A stretch of DNA of 64,000 bases from Candidatus Magasanikiibacteriota bacterium (GTDB taxonomy: Bacteria; Patescibacteriota; Patescibacteriia; Magasanikbacterales; GWA2-37-8), in NCBI GenBank assembly GCA_026396515.1, contig JAPLWQ010000003.1:26204-90203 (forward strand). The letters run 5' to 3'. The notes beneath the pieces were generated by a model that was given only the letters and a program-made list of their open reading frames with translations, ran no database searches and was not told where the DNA came from. Position 1 is the first letter of the stretch; every line of letters begins with the position of its first letter. Positions 28,644-37,664 of the stretch are shown one piece after another. The translations under genes and the position numbers were made by a program.

Positions 28644-29657
28644 ATGACAAAAAAAGTTTTTGATTTTATTTCTTCTTTTGGCCTGATGATACTCGGTGTG
28701 GGCCTTCTTTTCGCCTTCACTGTTTCATTTGCTCCGGCACAAAAACAATGCCAATACCGTTTTCCGAAATCACATCCGCGCGAACAGTTTGGTGGTGATT
28801 TGGAAAGGCAAAATTTGCCCCCCAGCCGACCGACCGTGCCTTTAGCCAAAAATGATTCAAATTTTTCCGCCACGCTCACCGCCTTTTCCGCTTACATTAT
28901 TGACGATAAGACGGATACGGTTTTATTTGAAAAAAATGCCGAAGCTATCCGTCCTTTAGCTTCTATTACCAAAATAATGTCGGCGATAGTACTTCTTGAT
29001 TTGCCGATTAAGTGGAATGCTACCACCACTGTAACTGAGGCGGATTGTGACGACAGCAGTCACATTTTGAATTCAGGAGAAATTTTTAAGTTGCAGGATT
29101 TGTGGGCCGCCGGTCTGATCGGCTCGTCAAACAGCGGCATTAGATCGTTGGTAAGGGTGAGCGGCCTAACCATCGAAGAATTTGTCCAAAAAATGAATAA
29201 TAAAGCAAAAGTACTTAATCTGTTGTCGCTAAAATTCACGGATCCTACCGGCTTGGAAGCGGATAATGTCGGCAGTGCCAAGGACATCGCCGCACTATTA
29301 AAAGAGGCCCTGAAGAATGAAAAAATTTCTAAAACAATGAGTATCGGCGAATATTATATCAAACCACTCAATAAACCAAAGTCACGGCGTGTCTGGAGCA
29401 CGAATTGGCTTTTAACCAAGTGGATACCGAGCGATTTTGACACAAAGAATATTTGCGGTAAGACAGGATACATTGGTGATGCTAAATATAATTTTGCCGT
29501 GAGAATCGCCGATAAGGAGAATAATCCGATTATCGTAGTGGTCCTTGGGTCGGCAACTAATGAATCGCGTTTTAGCGAGGCCAGGGATTTGGCTGACTGG
29601 TCATATAGTAAGTTTCTATGGCCGAACGAAGATGGTTATAACGATTTGGTTGAGTAA
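28644..29657 (+). CDS. D-alanyl-D-alanine carboxypeptidase/endopeptidase (peptidase S11)
   Basis: SITK (SxxK), SSN (SxN), KTG; N-terminal TM helix. Confidence 0.9.
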   Translation: MTKKVFDFISSFGLMILGVGLLFAFTVSFAPAQKQCQYRFPKSHPREQFGGDLERQNLPPSRPTVPLAKNDSNFSATLTAFSAYIIDDKTDTVLFEKNAEAIRPLASITKIMSAIVLLDLPIKWNATTTVTEADCDDSSHILNSGEIFKLQDLWAAGLIGSSNSGIRSLVRVSGLTIEEFVQKMNNKAKVLNLLSLKFTDPTGLEADNVGSAKDIAALLKEALKNEKISKTMSIGEYYIKPLNKPKSRRVWSTNWLLTKWIPSDFDTKNICGKTGYIGDAKYNFAVRIADKENNPIIVVVLGSATNESRFSEARDLADWSYSKFLWPNEDGYNDLVE

Positions 29658-29694
29658 ATATGCAGGCAGTTGTTTTTTGTGCTATAATAATGGT

Positions 29695-30900
29695 ATGAAA
29701 ATAAGCACTTTGGCCGAAAAAAAGAACCTGAAAGGCAGGCGCGTATTGGTTCGTGTTGATTTTAATGTACCGCTCAAAAACGGAAAAATAAAAGAAGCGT
29801 ATAAAATTGAAAAAAGTTTGTCGACTGTAGAATTCTTGTGCAAAGCCGGAGCGAAAATTATTTTAATAAGCCATTTAGGACGGCCAACAGGAGTAGACAA
29901 AAAATTAAGCCTGAAACCTGTCGCTGTGGCGCTCGGAAAAATGCTGGAAAAAAAAATAGATTTTTTTGCGGTCAGCGATAAAATTTTAGGCGATAAAAAA
30001 CAACTGGAAAATTTGCAGAAAAAAATCATGGCGCTGAAAAATGGTGATGTTGCGCTTCTGGAAAATATCAGATTTATAAAAGGTGAAGAAAAAAATGACC
30101 CAAAGATTGCCCGCGCCCTCTCTTCTCTCGGCGAGCTGTTTGTCCTGGATGGATTTGCCGTGGCGCATCGCGATGCCGCTTCTGTATCGGGAGTGGCTAA
30201 ATATTTACCTGCTTGCGCCGGATTGTTATTGGAAGAAGAAATAAAAGGTCTGGCTAAGCTCATTGAAAGGCCGAAAAAGCCTTTTGTTGTGGTGCTGGGC
30301 GGTGCAAAAATGGAAACTAAGGTTCCTTTGATAAAGAAATTTATCCCTAAAGCATCGCAGATTTTAATCGGCGGCGGAATATTTAACACCTGTCTCTGGG
30401 CTAAAGGCGTAAAAGTTGGACGCTCGATTGTTGATAAAAATTATAAAAAAATTGCCCTGTCTTTCTGGAAAAATAAAAAAATTATAATGCCCGTGGATTT
30501 GGTGGTTGGAGGTGAGCAAGGCGAGCAGGCAAAGGTTGTCGCTTTAGATTCAAAATTTAAGATTCAAAATTTAAAAAACGGCATCTACGATATAGGCCCA
30601 AAAACCGTGTCGCTTTTTGCAAAATACATCAAGAAAGCCAATACACTGGTGTGGAATGGATCCATGGGAATGTTTGAAGTGCCGCCCTACCATTGGGGCA
30701 GCAACGCGGTAGCGCGCCTGTTTGCCAGCCGGGCAAGGGGAAAGGCATTCGGCGTTACCGGCGGCGGGGAAACCGTGGAAGTGGTGAAAAAATTAAAATT
30801 AATGAATGATATTGATCTGGTTTCCACCGGCGGGGGCGCAATGCTTGAATATTTATCGGGAAATAAACTGCCCGGAATAATGGTGGTATTAAAAAAATAA
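29695..30900 (+). CDS. pgk: Phosphoglycerate kinase
   Basis: RVDFNVP, SHLGRP, LLENIRF, GGAK, STGGGAMLEYL; ATG at 29695. Confidence 0.96.
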   Translation: MKISTLAEKKNLKGRRVLVRVDFNVPLKNGKIKEAYKIEKSLSTVEFLCKAGAKIILISHLGRPTGVDKKLSLKPVAVALGKMLEKKIDFFAVSDKILGDKKQLENLQKKIMALKNGDVALLENIRFIKGEEKNDPKIARALSSLGELFVLDGFAVAHRDAASVSGVAKYLPACAGLLLEEEIKGLAKLIERPKKPFVVVLGGAKMETKVPLIKKFIPKASQILIGGGIFNTCLWAKGVKVGRSIVDKNYKKIALSFWKNKKIIMPVDLVVGGEQGEQAKVVALDSKFKIQNLKNGIYDIGPKTVSLFAKYIKKANTLVWNGSMGMFEVPPYHWGSNAVARLFASRARGKAFGVTGGGETVEVVKKLKLMNDIDLVSTGGGAMLEYLSGNKLPGIMVVLKK

Positions 30901-30960
30901 TTTATTATATATTATTTAAATACCTTTCAAACGGAAGGTGTTTAATAAGGGAGGTAATTT

Positions 30961-31821
30961 ATGCCCATAACAAGCGGCATTAGACGGGATCTGCCGCCGA
31001 AAAACGGCCATGGTTCCTGCGGTTGTGCGTCATCTTGCGCGTCGTGCGGTTGCCACAGTACTTTCGGCAAGAAAATGCTATTTACCCTGCTTGGGGTATT
31101 AATGGTATATGGTATTTTTTATTTTGGCACACTTATCAATAACAACCTGAAGAAGAATCAATTTATTGGCAGGATGGATAAAAGCGAAAGAATGGTCACA
31201 GTGAACGGTTTGGGGAAAGTAACCGGCAACAATAACATTGCTGTCACAACCATCGGTTATTCCAACACCGATAAAGAAGTGTCAAAAGCGCAATTAGATA
31301 ACAAGAAAATAATGGATCAGGTGATGGCCGATTTGAAGAAGCTCGGTATTGAAGATAAAGATCTGCAGACAGATTACACTATTTATCCGGACTATAATTA
31401 TACCCAAGAGCGTGGTCAGGAGCTCAAGGGGTATCGCGTAAATAATTCCGTTACGGTTAAAATTCGCGATTTGTCAAAAATTAATGATATTCTAGGATTG
31501 GCCGGAAAATATGGCGCCACCGAAGTCGGCGGTTTGAGTTTTACCATCGACGATCCGAGCAACCTTAAAGATCAGGCTCGAGGCAAGGCCTTGGATGACG
31601 CCAAGAAAAAAGCCGCAGAATTGGCGGCATCACTCGGCGTAAGATTGGGTGGAGTGGTCAGCTACAATGAATATGACGCTTCAAACGACACATACTATCC
31701 GAAATATAATACGATCAGCGCCGAAGGCGGAGGAATGGGCAGCGGTGCGCCGGAAGCGGTTTCCGGAGGCAGTAAAGATGTCCTTATGAACGTTAATATC
31801 ACCTACGAAATATTGCCGTAA
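30961..31821 (+). CDS. SIMPL (DUF541) domain protein with a Cys-rich N-terminus
   Basis: VTVNGLGKV, GYRVNNSVTVKIRDL, GGLSFTIDD, ALDDAKKKA..LA; AGGGAGG SD. Confidence 0.88.
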   Translation: MPITSGIRRDLPPKNGHGSCGCASSCASCGCHSTFGKKMLFTLLGVLMVYGIFYFGTLINNNLKKNQFIGRMDKSERMVTVNGLGKVTGNNNIAVTTIGYSNTDKEVSKAQLDNKKIMDQVMADLKKLGIEDKDLQTDYTIYPDYNYTQERGQELKGYRVNNSVTVKIRDLSKINDILGLAGKYGATEVGGLSFTIDDPSNLKDQARGKALDDAKKKAAELAASLGVRLGGVVSYNEYDASNDTYYPKYNTISAEGGGMGSGAPEAVSGGSKDVLMNVNITYEILP

Positions 31822-31840
31822 ATTATCTGAAAATGTTAAA

Positions 31841-31869
31841 AGAGTCCGCCGTTGGCGGGCTCTTTTTTT
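31841..31869 (+). terminator. Intrinsic terminator
   Basis: AGAGTCCGCC-GTT-GGCGGGCTCT followed by TTTTTT. Confidence 0.8.
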
Positions 31870-31929
31870 ATTCTGTTCCGCGTGCTATAATATTTTTATA
31901 AAACAATACGAGTTTTAAGTATTTTTGCT

Positions 31930-33177
31930 ATGAAAATCAAAAAAATTCAAGCCAGAGAGATCCTTGATTCGCGTGGTAATCCCACGGTGGAAACACGCGT
32001 TTCGCTTGCGAGTGGCATGGTAGTGTCGGCAAAAGTTCCCTCCGGCGCTTCTACCGGAGCGCACGAGGCCTGGGAATTGCGCGATGGCGGCAAGCGGTAT
32101 GGAGGAAAAGGCGTGCTGAAGGCGGTGAAAAATGTAAATACAATAATTGCCAAAGCGATAGTTGGAATGGATGTGCGCGATTTAGAAAAAATTGACCAGA
32201 AAATGATTGCTTTGGACGGTACGAAAAATAAGTCAAAGCTTGGTGCTAATGCTATTTTATCGGTTTCTCTCGCCGTGGCCAGAGCCGGCGCTGTTGCCGC
32301 GCGAATTCCACTATATCGCCATCTGCGAAAAGCATATGGCATAAAGGAAAAAGGCTGGCGTTTGCCTATTCCGACTATGAACGTGTTAAACGGCGGAGCG
32401 CACGCGGACAGCGGCCTTTCAATTCAGGAATTCATGATTATTCCAGCCCACAGGCTGCTTCGCGAGAGAGTGAGGATGGGTGCTGAAATATTTCATGCTT
32501 TGGCCGGCCTTCTTAGGAAAAAAGGATACACTACCGCTGTGGGTGATGAGGGCGGTTTCGCCCCCCGTTTGCCGGGAAATGAAGCGGCGCTAAAAATGCT
32601 AATGCAGGCAATTGAACTTGCCGGATATAAAGCCGGTGAAAATATATTTCTCGGCCTTGATGTAGCCGCGTCGGAATTTTTTTCCGATGGCAAGTATTTT
32701 TTTGAAAAAGAAAAGGGCGGCCGGACTTCGGAAAAAATGATTGCCACTTTTGAAAGTTGGATAAAAAAATATCCGTTGGTACTGGTTGAAGACGGGCTTA
32801 GCGAAAATGATTGGGTGGGTTGGAAAGATATGACTGTACGGTTGGGCAAAAAGACAATTTTAGTGGGCGATGATATTTTTGTCACCAATCCCGAAATATT
32901 CTCCCGTGGCATAAAGGAAAAAGTCGGCAATGCCATTCTTATTAAAGTAAATCAGATCGGCACGGTCAGTGAAACCATGAAGGCGATTAAATTAGCCAAG
33001 GCGAACGGTTATAAAACTGTAATATCGCACCGCAGCGGAGAAACCGGCGATACATTTATTGCCGATTTGGCCGTAGCGGTCAACTCCGATTATATTAAAA
33101 CCGGTTCGCTGTCGCGTTCTGAAAGAGTGGAAAAATATAATCGTTTGATGGAAATTGAAATGGAGCTGGGCATCTAA
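31930..33177 (+). CDS. eno: Enolase
   Basis: [47 protein letters not shown]. Confidence 0.98.
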   Translation: MKIKKIQAREILDSRGNPTVETRVSLASGMVVSAKVPSGASTGAHEAWELRDGGKRYGGKGVLKAVKNVNTIIAKAIVGMDVRDLEKIDQKMIALDGTKNKSKLGANAILSVSLAVARAGAVAARIPLYRHLRKAYGIKEKGWRLPIPTMNVLNGGAHADSGLSIQEFMIIPAHRLLRERVRMGAEIFHALAGLLRKKGYTTAVGDEGGFAPRLPGNEAALKMLMQAIELAGYKAGENIFLGLDVAASEFFSDGKYFFEKEKGGRTSEKMIATFESWIKKYPLVLVEDGLSENDWVGWKDMTVRLGKKTILVGDDIFVTNPEIFSRGIKEKVGNAILIKVNQIGTVSETMKAIKLAKANGYKTVISHRSGETGDTFIADLAVAVNSDYIKTGSLSRSERVEKYNRLMEIEMELGI

Positions 33178-33179
33178 AT

Positions 33180-34739
33180 ATGAAAACAAAACCAACAGTA
33201 CTCGCGATCATGGATGGTTGGGGAATAGCGCCGATAGAAAACAAAGGTAATCCGATTACGCCAAAAAATGCGCCTAATTTTTTTTCTTGGCTGAAAAAAT
33301 ACCCGAATACTGAAATTGCCGCCAGCGGAGAATCAGTTGGGCTTTTTAAGGGCGAAGATGGCAATAGTGAAGCCGGACATATGAATTTGGGAGCCGGCCG
33401 GGTGGTACAACAAGACGCCATATATATATCTGATGCGATTGAAGATGGTACATTTTTTAAAAATCCCGCCTTTCATCAGGCCTTGCATCATTTGCACAAA
33501 TATAAGACAGCCGCCCATGTGATGGGTCTGCTATCCAATCATAACAGCGCTCATTCCTGTCCGGAGCATCTTTACGCGCTTTTGGATTTTTTACGGAGTG
33601 AGGGCGTAAAAAAGATATTCTTGCATTTGTTTACCGATGGCCGCGATTCCGGCCAGCACGACGCGCCTAAACATCTAAAAAAATTGCGCGAGCACATGAA
33701 AAATGGCGAAAAGATAGCCACTATTACCGGCCGATTTTACGCCATGGATCGCGGGAAAAACTGGGATCGCCTAAAAGGAGCTTATGAAGCAATTGTTATG
33801 GGTCGAGGTGTGCGTTGTACCGCGCACAGCGCTGAGGAAGCGATTGCCCAGGCATACAATAGCGGTGAAACGGACGAGTACATTTGCCCCACTGTGATCA
33901 TGGATGACGGTCATCCGGTTACTTCAATAAAAGATAATGATGTAATTTTTTTCTTTAATCTGCGCAGTGACCGCGCGCGTGAACTGACTAAAGCGTTTGT
34001 TCAGCCGGATTTTGAGCAAATAAATGACGGCGCTTTCCATCGTGCGTTTGTGCCGAAAAATACGCGCTTTGTTGCTATGACTGATTTTGGACCGGACCTG
34101 CCGCATGTCTTAACCGCCTATCCCAGCCGGGATGTGGTTAACAGTTTGCCGCGGGTTTTGTGTCCCCACCAACAGCTATACATCGCTGAAACAGAAAAAT
34201 TCGCCCATGTGACATATTTTTTCAACGGAGGTTATGGCCGGCATTTTTGCGACGAACGCTGGATAAAAATCGCTTCGGTTGAAGTGAAAAATTATAAAGA
34301 TCGTCCGGAAATGAGCGCTAAATTAATTACTGATGTTTTAACAAAGGCAATTGAAAAAGACGGATATGAATTTGTCTGTGTTAATTTCGCCAATCCGGAC
34401 ATGGTGGCGCATAGCGGCGATATGGAAGCAACCGCTAAAGCAATTCGCACGGTTGATACCGAGATGGCGCGTCTGATAAAAGTTGTGGAAAGACTCGACG
34501 GACAAATGATAATTACTGCTGACCACGGTAATGCCGAAGAGCTGGTTAATCTGAAAACCGGCGAAGTTGATACAGAGCATTCCACCAATCCGGTTCCGTT
34601 TATTGTTGTGGGAAAAAAATATTCAAAAAGTAAATTAAAACTGCGTAAAAACGGCAAGCTCGGCGATGTGGCGCCCACGATCCTAAAAATGATGGATATT
34701 CCAAAACCAAAGGAGATGACAGGTAAAAGTATATTTTAA
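33180..34739 (+). CDS. gpmI: 2,3-BPG-independent phosphoglycerate mutase, copy 1
   Basis: IMDGWG, GNSEAGH, FTDGRD, GRFYAMDR, AETEKFAHVT, NPDMVAH, TADHGNAE, TEHSTNPVP. Confidence 0.93.
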   Translation: MKTKPTVLAIMDGWGIAPIENKGNPITPKNAPNFFSWLKKYPNTEIAASGESVGLFKGEDGNSEAGHMNLGAGRVVQQDAIYISDAIEDGTFFKNPAFHQALHHLHKYKTAAHVMGLLSNHNSAHSCPEHLYALLDFLRSEGVKKIFLHLFTDGRDSGQHDAPKHLKKLREHMKNGEKIATITGRFYAMDRGKNWDRLKGAYEAIVMGRGVRCTAHSAEEAIAQAYNSGETDEYICPTVIMDDGHPVTSIKDNDVIFFFNLRSDRARELTKAFVQPDFEQINDGAFHRAFVPKNTRFVAMTDFGPDLPHVLTAYPSRDVVNSLPRVLCPHQQLYIAETEKFAHVTYFFNGGYGRHFCDERWIKIASVEVKNYKDRPEMSAKLITDVLTKAIEKDGYEFVCVNFANPDMVAHSGDMEATAKAIRTVDTEMARLIKVVERLDGQMIITADHGNAEELVNLKTGEVDTEHSTNPVPFIVVGKKYSKSKLKLRKNGKLGDVAPTILKMMDIPKPKEMTGKSIF

Positions 34740-34741
34740 TT

Positions 34742-36334
34742 ATGCCTCACAAACATAAACCGGTTGTCTTAATCATCCTCGACGGCTGGGGAATTGCTCC
34801 GGACGGAGAAGGCAACGCCATCGCAAAAGCCAAAACACCCAATCTGGATGATTACAAAAAAAATTATCCGGTGACGACTATTACCGCGAGCGGTACCGAG
34901 GTTGGGTTGTCATTTGGCGAAGTGGGCAATTCCGAAGTCGGCCATTTAAATATTGGCGCCGGCAGGGTGTATTATCAAACACTGCCGCGTATTGACCAGG
35001 AAATATTAAATGGAAATTTTTTTGGCAATCAGGCATTTTTATCGGCTTTTGAACACGTGAAAAAAAACAAGTCAAATCTTCATCTGATGGGGCTCGTTTC
35101 CGCCGGAAAAGTGCATTCCAGCGATGAGCACCTCCATCGGCTGCTTGAGATGGCAAAGAAAAACGGCTGTTCAAAAAATGTTTATGTTCACGCCTTTCTT
35201 GACGGCAGAGATACTTTGTATAATTCAGGCAAATATTTTATCGGGCAGTTAATAAATAAAATGCAGGAGTTAAAAACCGGCAAGCTGGCGACACTGGCCG
35301 GCCGCTATTGGGCGATGGACAGAGATAACCATTGGGACAGGATTGAAAAAGTTTTTCGGGCATTAACAGTAGGCGAAGCCGATCGGATGGCACCCGACCC
35401 GTTGCAGGCGATAGATGGCGCATACGCCAACAAAAACTATGACGAAGAATTTTTACCAACGGTTATTACCGATAAAAACGGAAAGCCCACAATTACCATT
35501 AAAGATAACGACGCCGTGATATTTTTTAATTTTCGTCCGGACCGGGCGCGTGAGATGACCAAAGCGTTCGTTTTGCCGGAGTTTGATAAGTTTCCTCATC
35601 AGGCGCTTAATAATCTGTATTTTGCGACCATGGGTGAGTATGAAAAAGATTTGCCGGTATCGGCTGTGGCTTTTCCGCCGGTTGTAATTATTAATGGTTT
35701 AGCCGAAACCGTCAGCCGGGCCGGTCTGCAACAATTTCATATTGCCGAAACTGAAAAATATGCCCACATTACATTTTTTATAAATGGCACCAGAGAGGAT
35801 CCGTTTCCCGGAGAAGACAGAAAAATTATTCCTTCGCCAAAGGTATCTTCATATGATCAGCAGCCGGAGATGTCGGCTGTTCCGGTGGCAAAAGAAACGG
35901 TCAAGGCCGTGGAAAGCGGAAAGTATGATTTTATTGCCGTAAACTTCGCCAACGCAGATATGGTCGGCCACACCGGCTTGCTTGAGCCCACAATTACGGC
36001 CTGTGAAACAATTGATGAGTGTGTCGGCAGCATCGTTGACCATGTTTTGGCCCATGAGGGCGCGGTTGTCATTACGGCCGATCACGGTAATGCCGAAGAG
36101 GTCGTAAATTTGCAGACAGGGGATATAGACAAAGAACATTCAACAAATCCCGTGCCGCTGTATATTGTCAGCCGGGATTTAATGGGGCAGGCCGGCCCGA
36201 GCGGAGACCCGCCCGAGGGGGACTTGAGTTTATTGCAGCCGGTGGGTATGCTTTCCGATGTTGCTCCGACAATTTTAAAATTAATGGGTTTGGAACAACC
36301 GCCGGAGATGACCGGCTCCAGTTTAATTCAATAG
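34742..36334 (+). CDS. gpmI: 2,3-BPG-independent phosphoglycerate mutase, copy 2
   Basis: ILDGWG, GNSEVGH, FLDGRD, GRYWAMDR, FNFRPDRARE, NADMVGH, TADHGNAE. Confidence 0.94.
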   Translation: MPHKHKPVVLIILDGWGIAPDGEGNAIAKAKTPNLDDYKKNYPVTTITASGTEVGLSFGEVGNSEVGHLNIGAGRVYYQTLPRIDQEILNGNFFGNQAFLSAFEHVKKNKSNLHLMGLVSAGKVHSSDEHLHRLLEMAKKNGCSKNVYVHAFLDGRDTLYNSGKYFIGQLINKMQELKTGKLATLAGRYWAMDRDNHWDRIEKVFRALTVGEADRMAPDPLQAIDGAYANKNYDEEFLPTVITDKNGKPTITIKDNDAVIFFNFRPDRAREMTKAFVLPEFDKFPHQALNNLYFATMGEYEKDLPVSAVAFPPVVIINGLAETVSRAGLQQFHIAETEKYAHITFFINGTREDPFPGEDRKIIPSPKVSSYDQQPEMSAVPVAKETVKAVESGKYDFIAVNFANADMVGHTGLLEPTITACETIDECVGSIVDHVLAHEGAVVITADHGNAEEVVNLQTGDIDKEHSTNPVPLYIVSRDLMGQAGPSGDPPEGDLSLLQPVGMLSDVAPTILKLMGLEQPPEMTGSSLIQ

Positions 36335-37477
36335 CGCGGCGGTTTCAGACGTCCGCTGTTTTATTTCTGCGATTACCGTTTCCTCGGCCGCCTTAAGAGA
36401 AGATCCGTTTATTTCGATTTCCGCATTGCGTTTGTTTCCGCGCGGAGAAAAAGTTTTCAGTATTTCCATCGCGTCAAAATGTTTTTCCACGGTCAGCCGG
36501 CCGTGGATTTTGTTTTCCTCATTTTCGTCTTCAAACAACACTAAAATTAATGAAGCCTCGGGCGAATTGCCGATTAATTCATTTATCAACTCCTGAATGT
36601 CGTTCATTCCGGCGCCGGAGCGTTTGAAATCATCTCTGGTGAGGAGCGTCCATGCCAGGGCGATACTGCGTTCTGTCTGAAGTCCGGTAAGGGCCTGTCC
36701 CCACAGTTTTAATGTAGCGATGGATTTTGTCCGGTAAAGATGCTTGATAATTTTTTCGCGGTCAGCGCCCAGGTTCATCAGCTGTCCGGCGAGATTAAGC
36801 GTTGCCGGCGTCACATTCGGAGTTTTAAAGCTTCTGGTCCCGGCAATCATGCCGGTGAGTATTGCCGTGGCAGTCGCTTCATTTGTAGAAAATCCTAATT
36901 GTTCAAAAGTGTGATAGACAATTTCCGATGTTGAAGTGGCGGTTAATTCCACTAAATTCAAACTGCCAAAATGTTCGTTTGCCGCTTTGTGGTCAATATT
37001 GACAATTGGTGTGCGGTAAAACAGATCCGTATTATTGAAGAATACGTCGCCCAGTGAATCCAGGTCGGTGGCGCCCAGCACGAAAATTAAATCGTATTTA
37101 AACGTGGTTTGTAAGGTCCTTAAATCGTTTTTTGTGATTGCGCCACTTAGCGGAGTCAGATGTATGGAAAGCCAGTTGTCCTTAATGTCATAGCTCAATG
37201 TCTCAATTTTTGCTTTGGAGACATCAACTTTGATGGTGAATTTATGCAAATGAAATAATTCCGGTTTAATATTGTCCACGCCTTCGAGAAATGAAAGATG
37301 GCCGGACGCGCTAAAACCGCCACAAACTACGTCAGCCTGTTTGCGCCGGGTGGAAAGATATCTTTTGAGTGCCAGTGCGGCAGCCACTGCGTCGTCGTTT
37401 TTTCCCTCCGGTAAAGCGATTAACGGGTGTCCACTCTGGTCAATCAGTTTATTCAATTGTGCCTTGGTGTCAAACAT
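36323..37477 (-). CDS. DHH/NrnA-like phosphoesterase, degenerate motifs
   Basis: DDAVAAALAL, VNIDHKAANEHFG, STSEIV, ATAILTGMIAGTRSF; the DHH motif reads DHK. Confidence 0.75.
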   Translation of the reverse strand: MFDTKAQLNKLIDQSGHPLIALPEGKNDDAVAAALALKRYLSTRRKQADVVCGGFSASGHLSFLEGVDNIKPELFHLHKFTIKVDVSKAKIETLSYDIKDNWLSIHLTPLSGAITKNDLRTLQTTFKYDLIFVLGATDLDSLGDVFFNNTDLFYRTPIVNIDHKAANEHFGSLNLVELTATSTSEIVYHTFEQLGFSTNEATATAILTGMIAGTRSFKTPNVTPATLNLAGQLMNLGADREKIIKHLYRTKSIATLKLWGQALTGLQTERSIALAWTLLTRDDFKRSGAGMNDIQELINELIGNSPEASLILVLFEDENEENKIHGRLTVEKHFDAMEILKTFSPRGNKRNAEIEINGSSLKAAEETVIAEIKQRTSETAALLN

Positions 37478-37664
37478 AGAACAGGTGATTATATCTCACC
37501 CAGGGTATCTTGTCAATAATGAAATATTGGCTAAATATAGCGGAATTTTTGCCTGTGTGAACACTATTTTGGCGAAATTTAGCAGAATATCGAGTCTTCC
37601 AGGTTGCTTTTTCCGTCTATTTTCATTAAAATATATGTTAATTGTACATAAAATAGCAGTGAAC

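Noticed and set aside
37272-37664. 131-aa N-terminal extension of ValS
   Set aside because: Overlaps the divergent DHH gene and the promoter region; ValS homology starts at MKELEKAY (37665).
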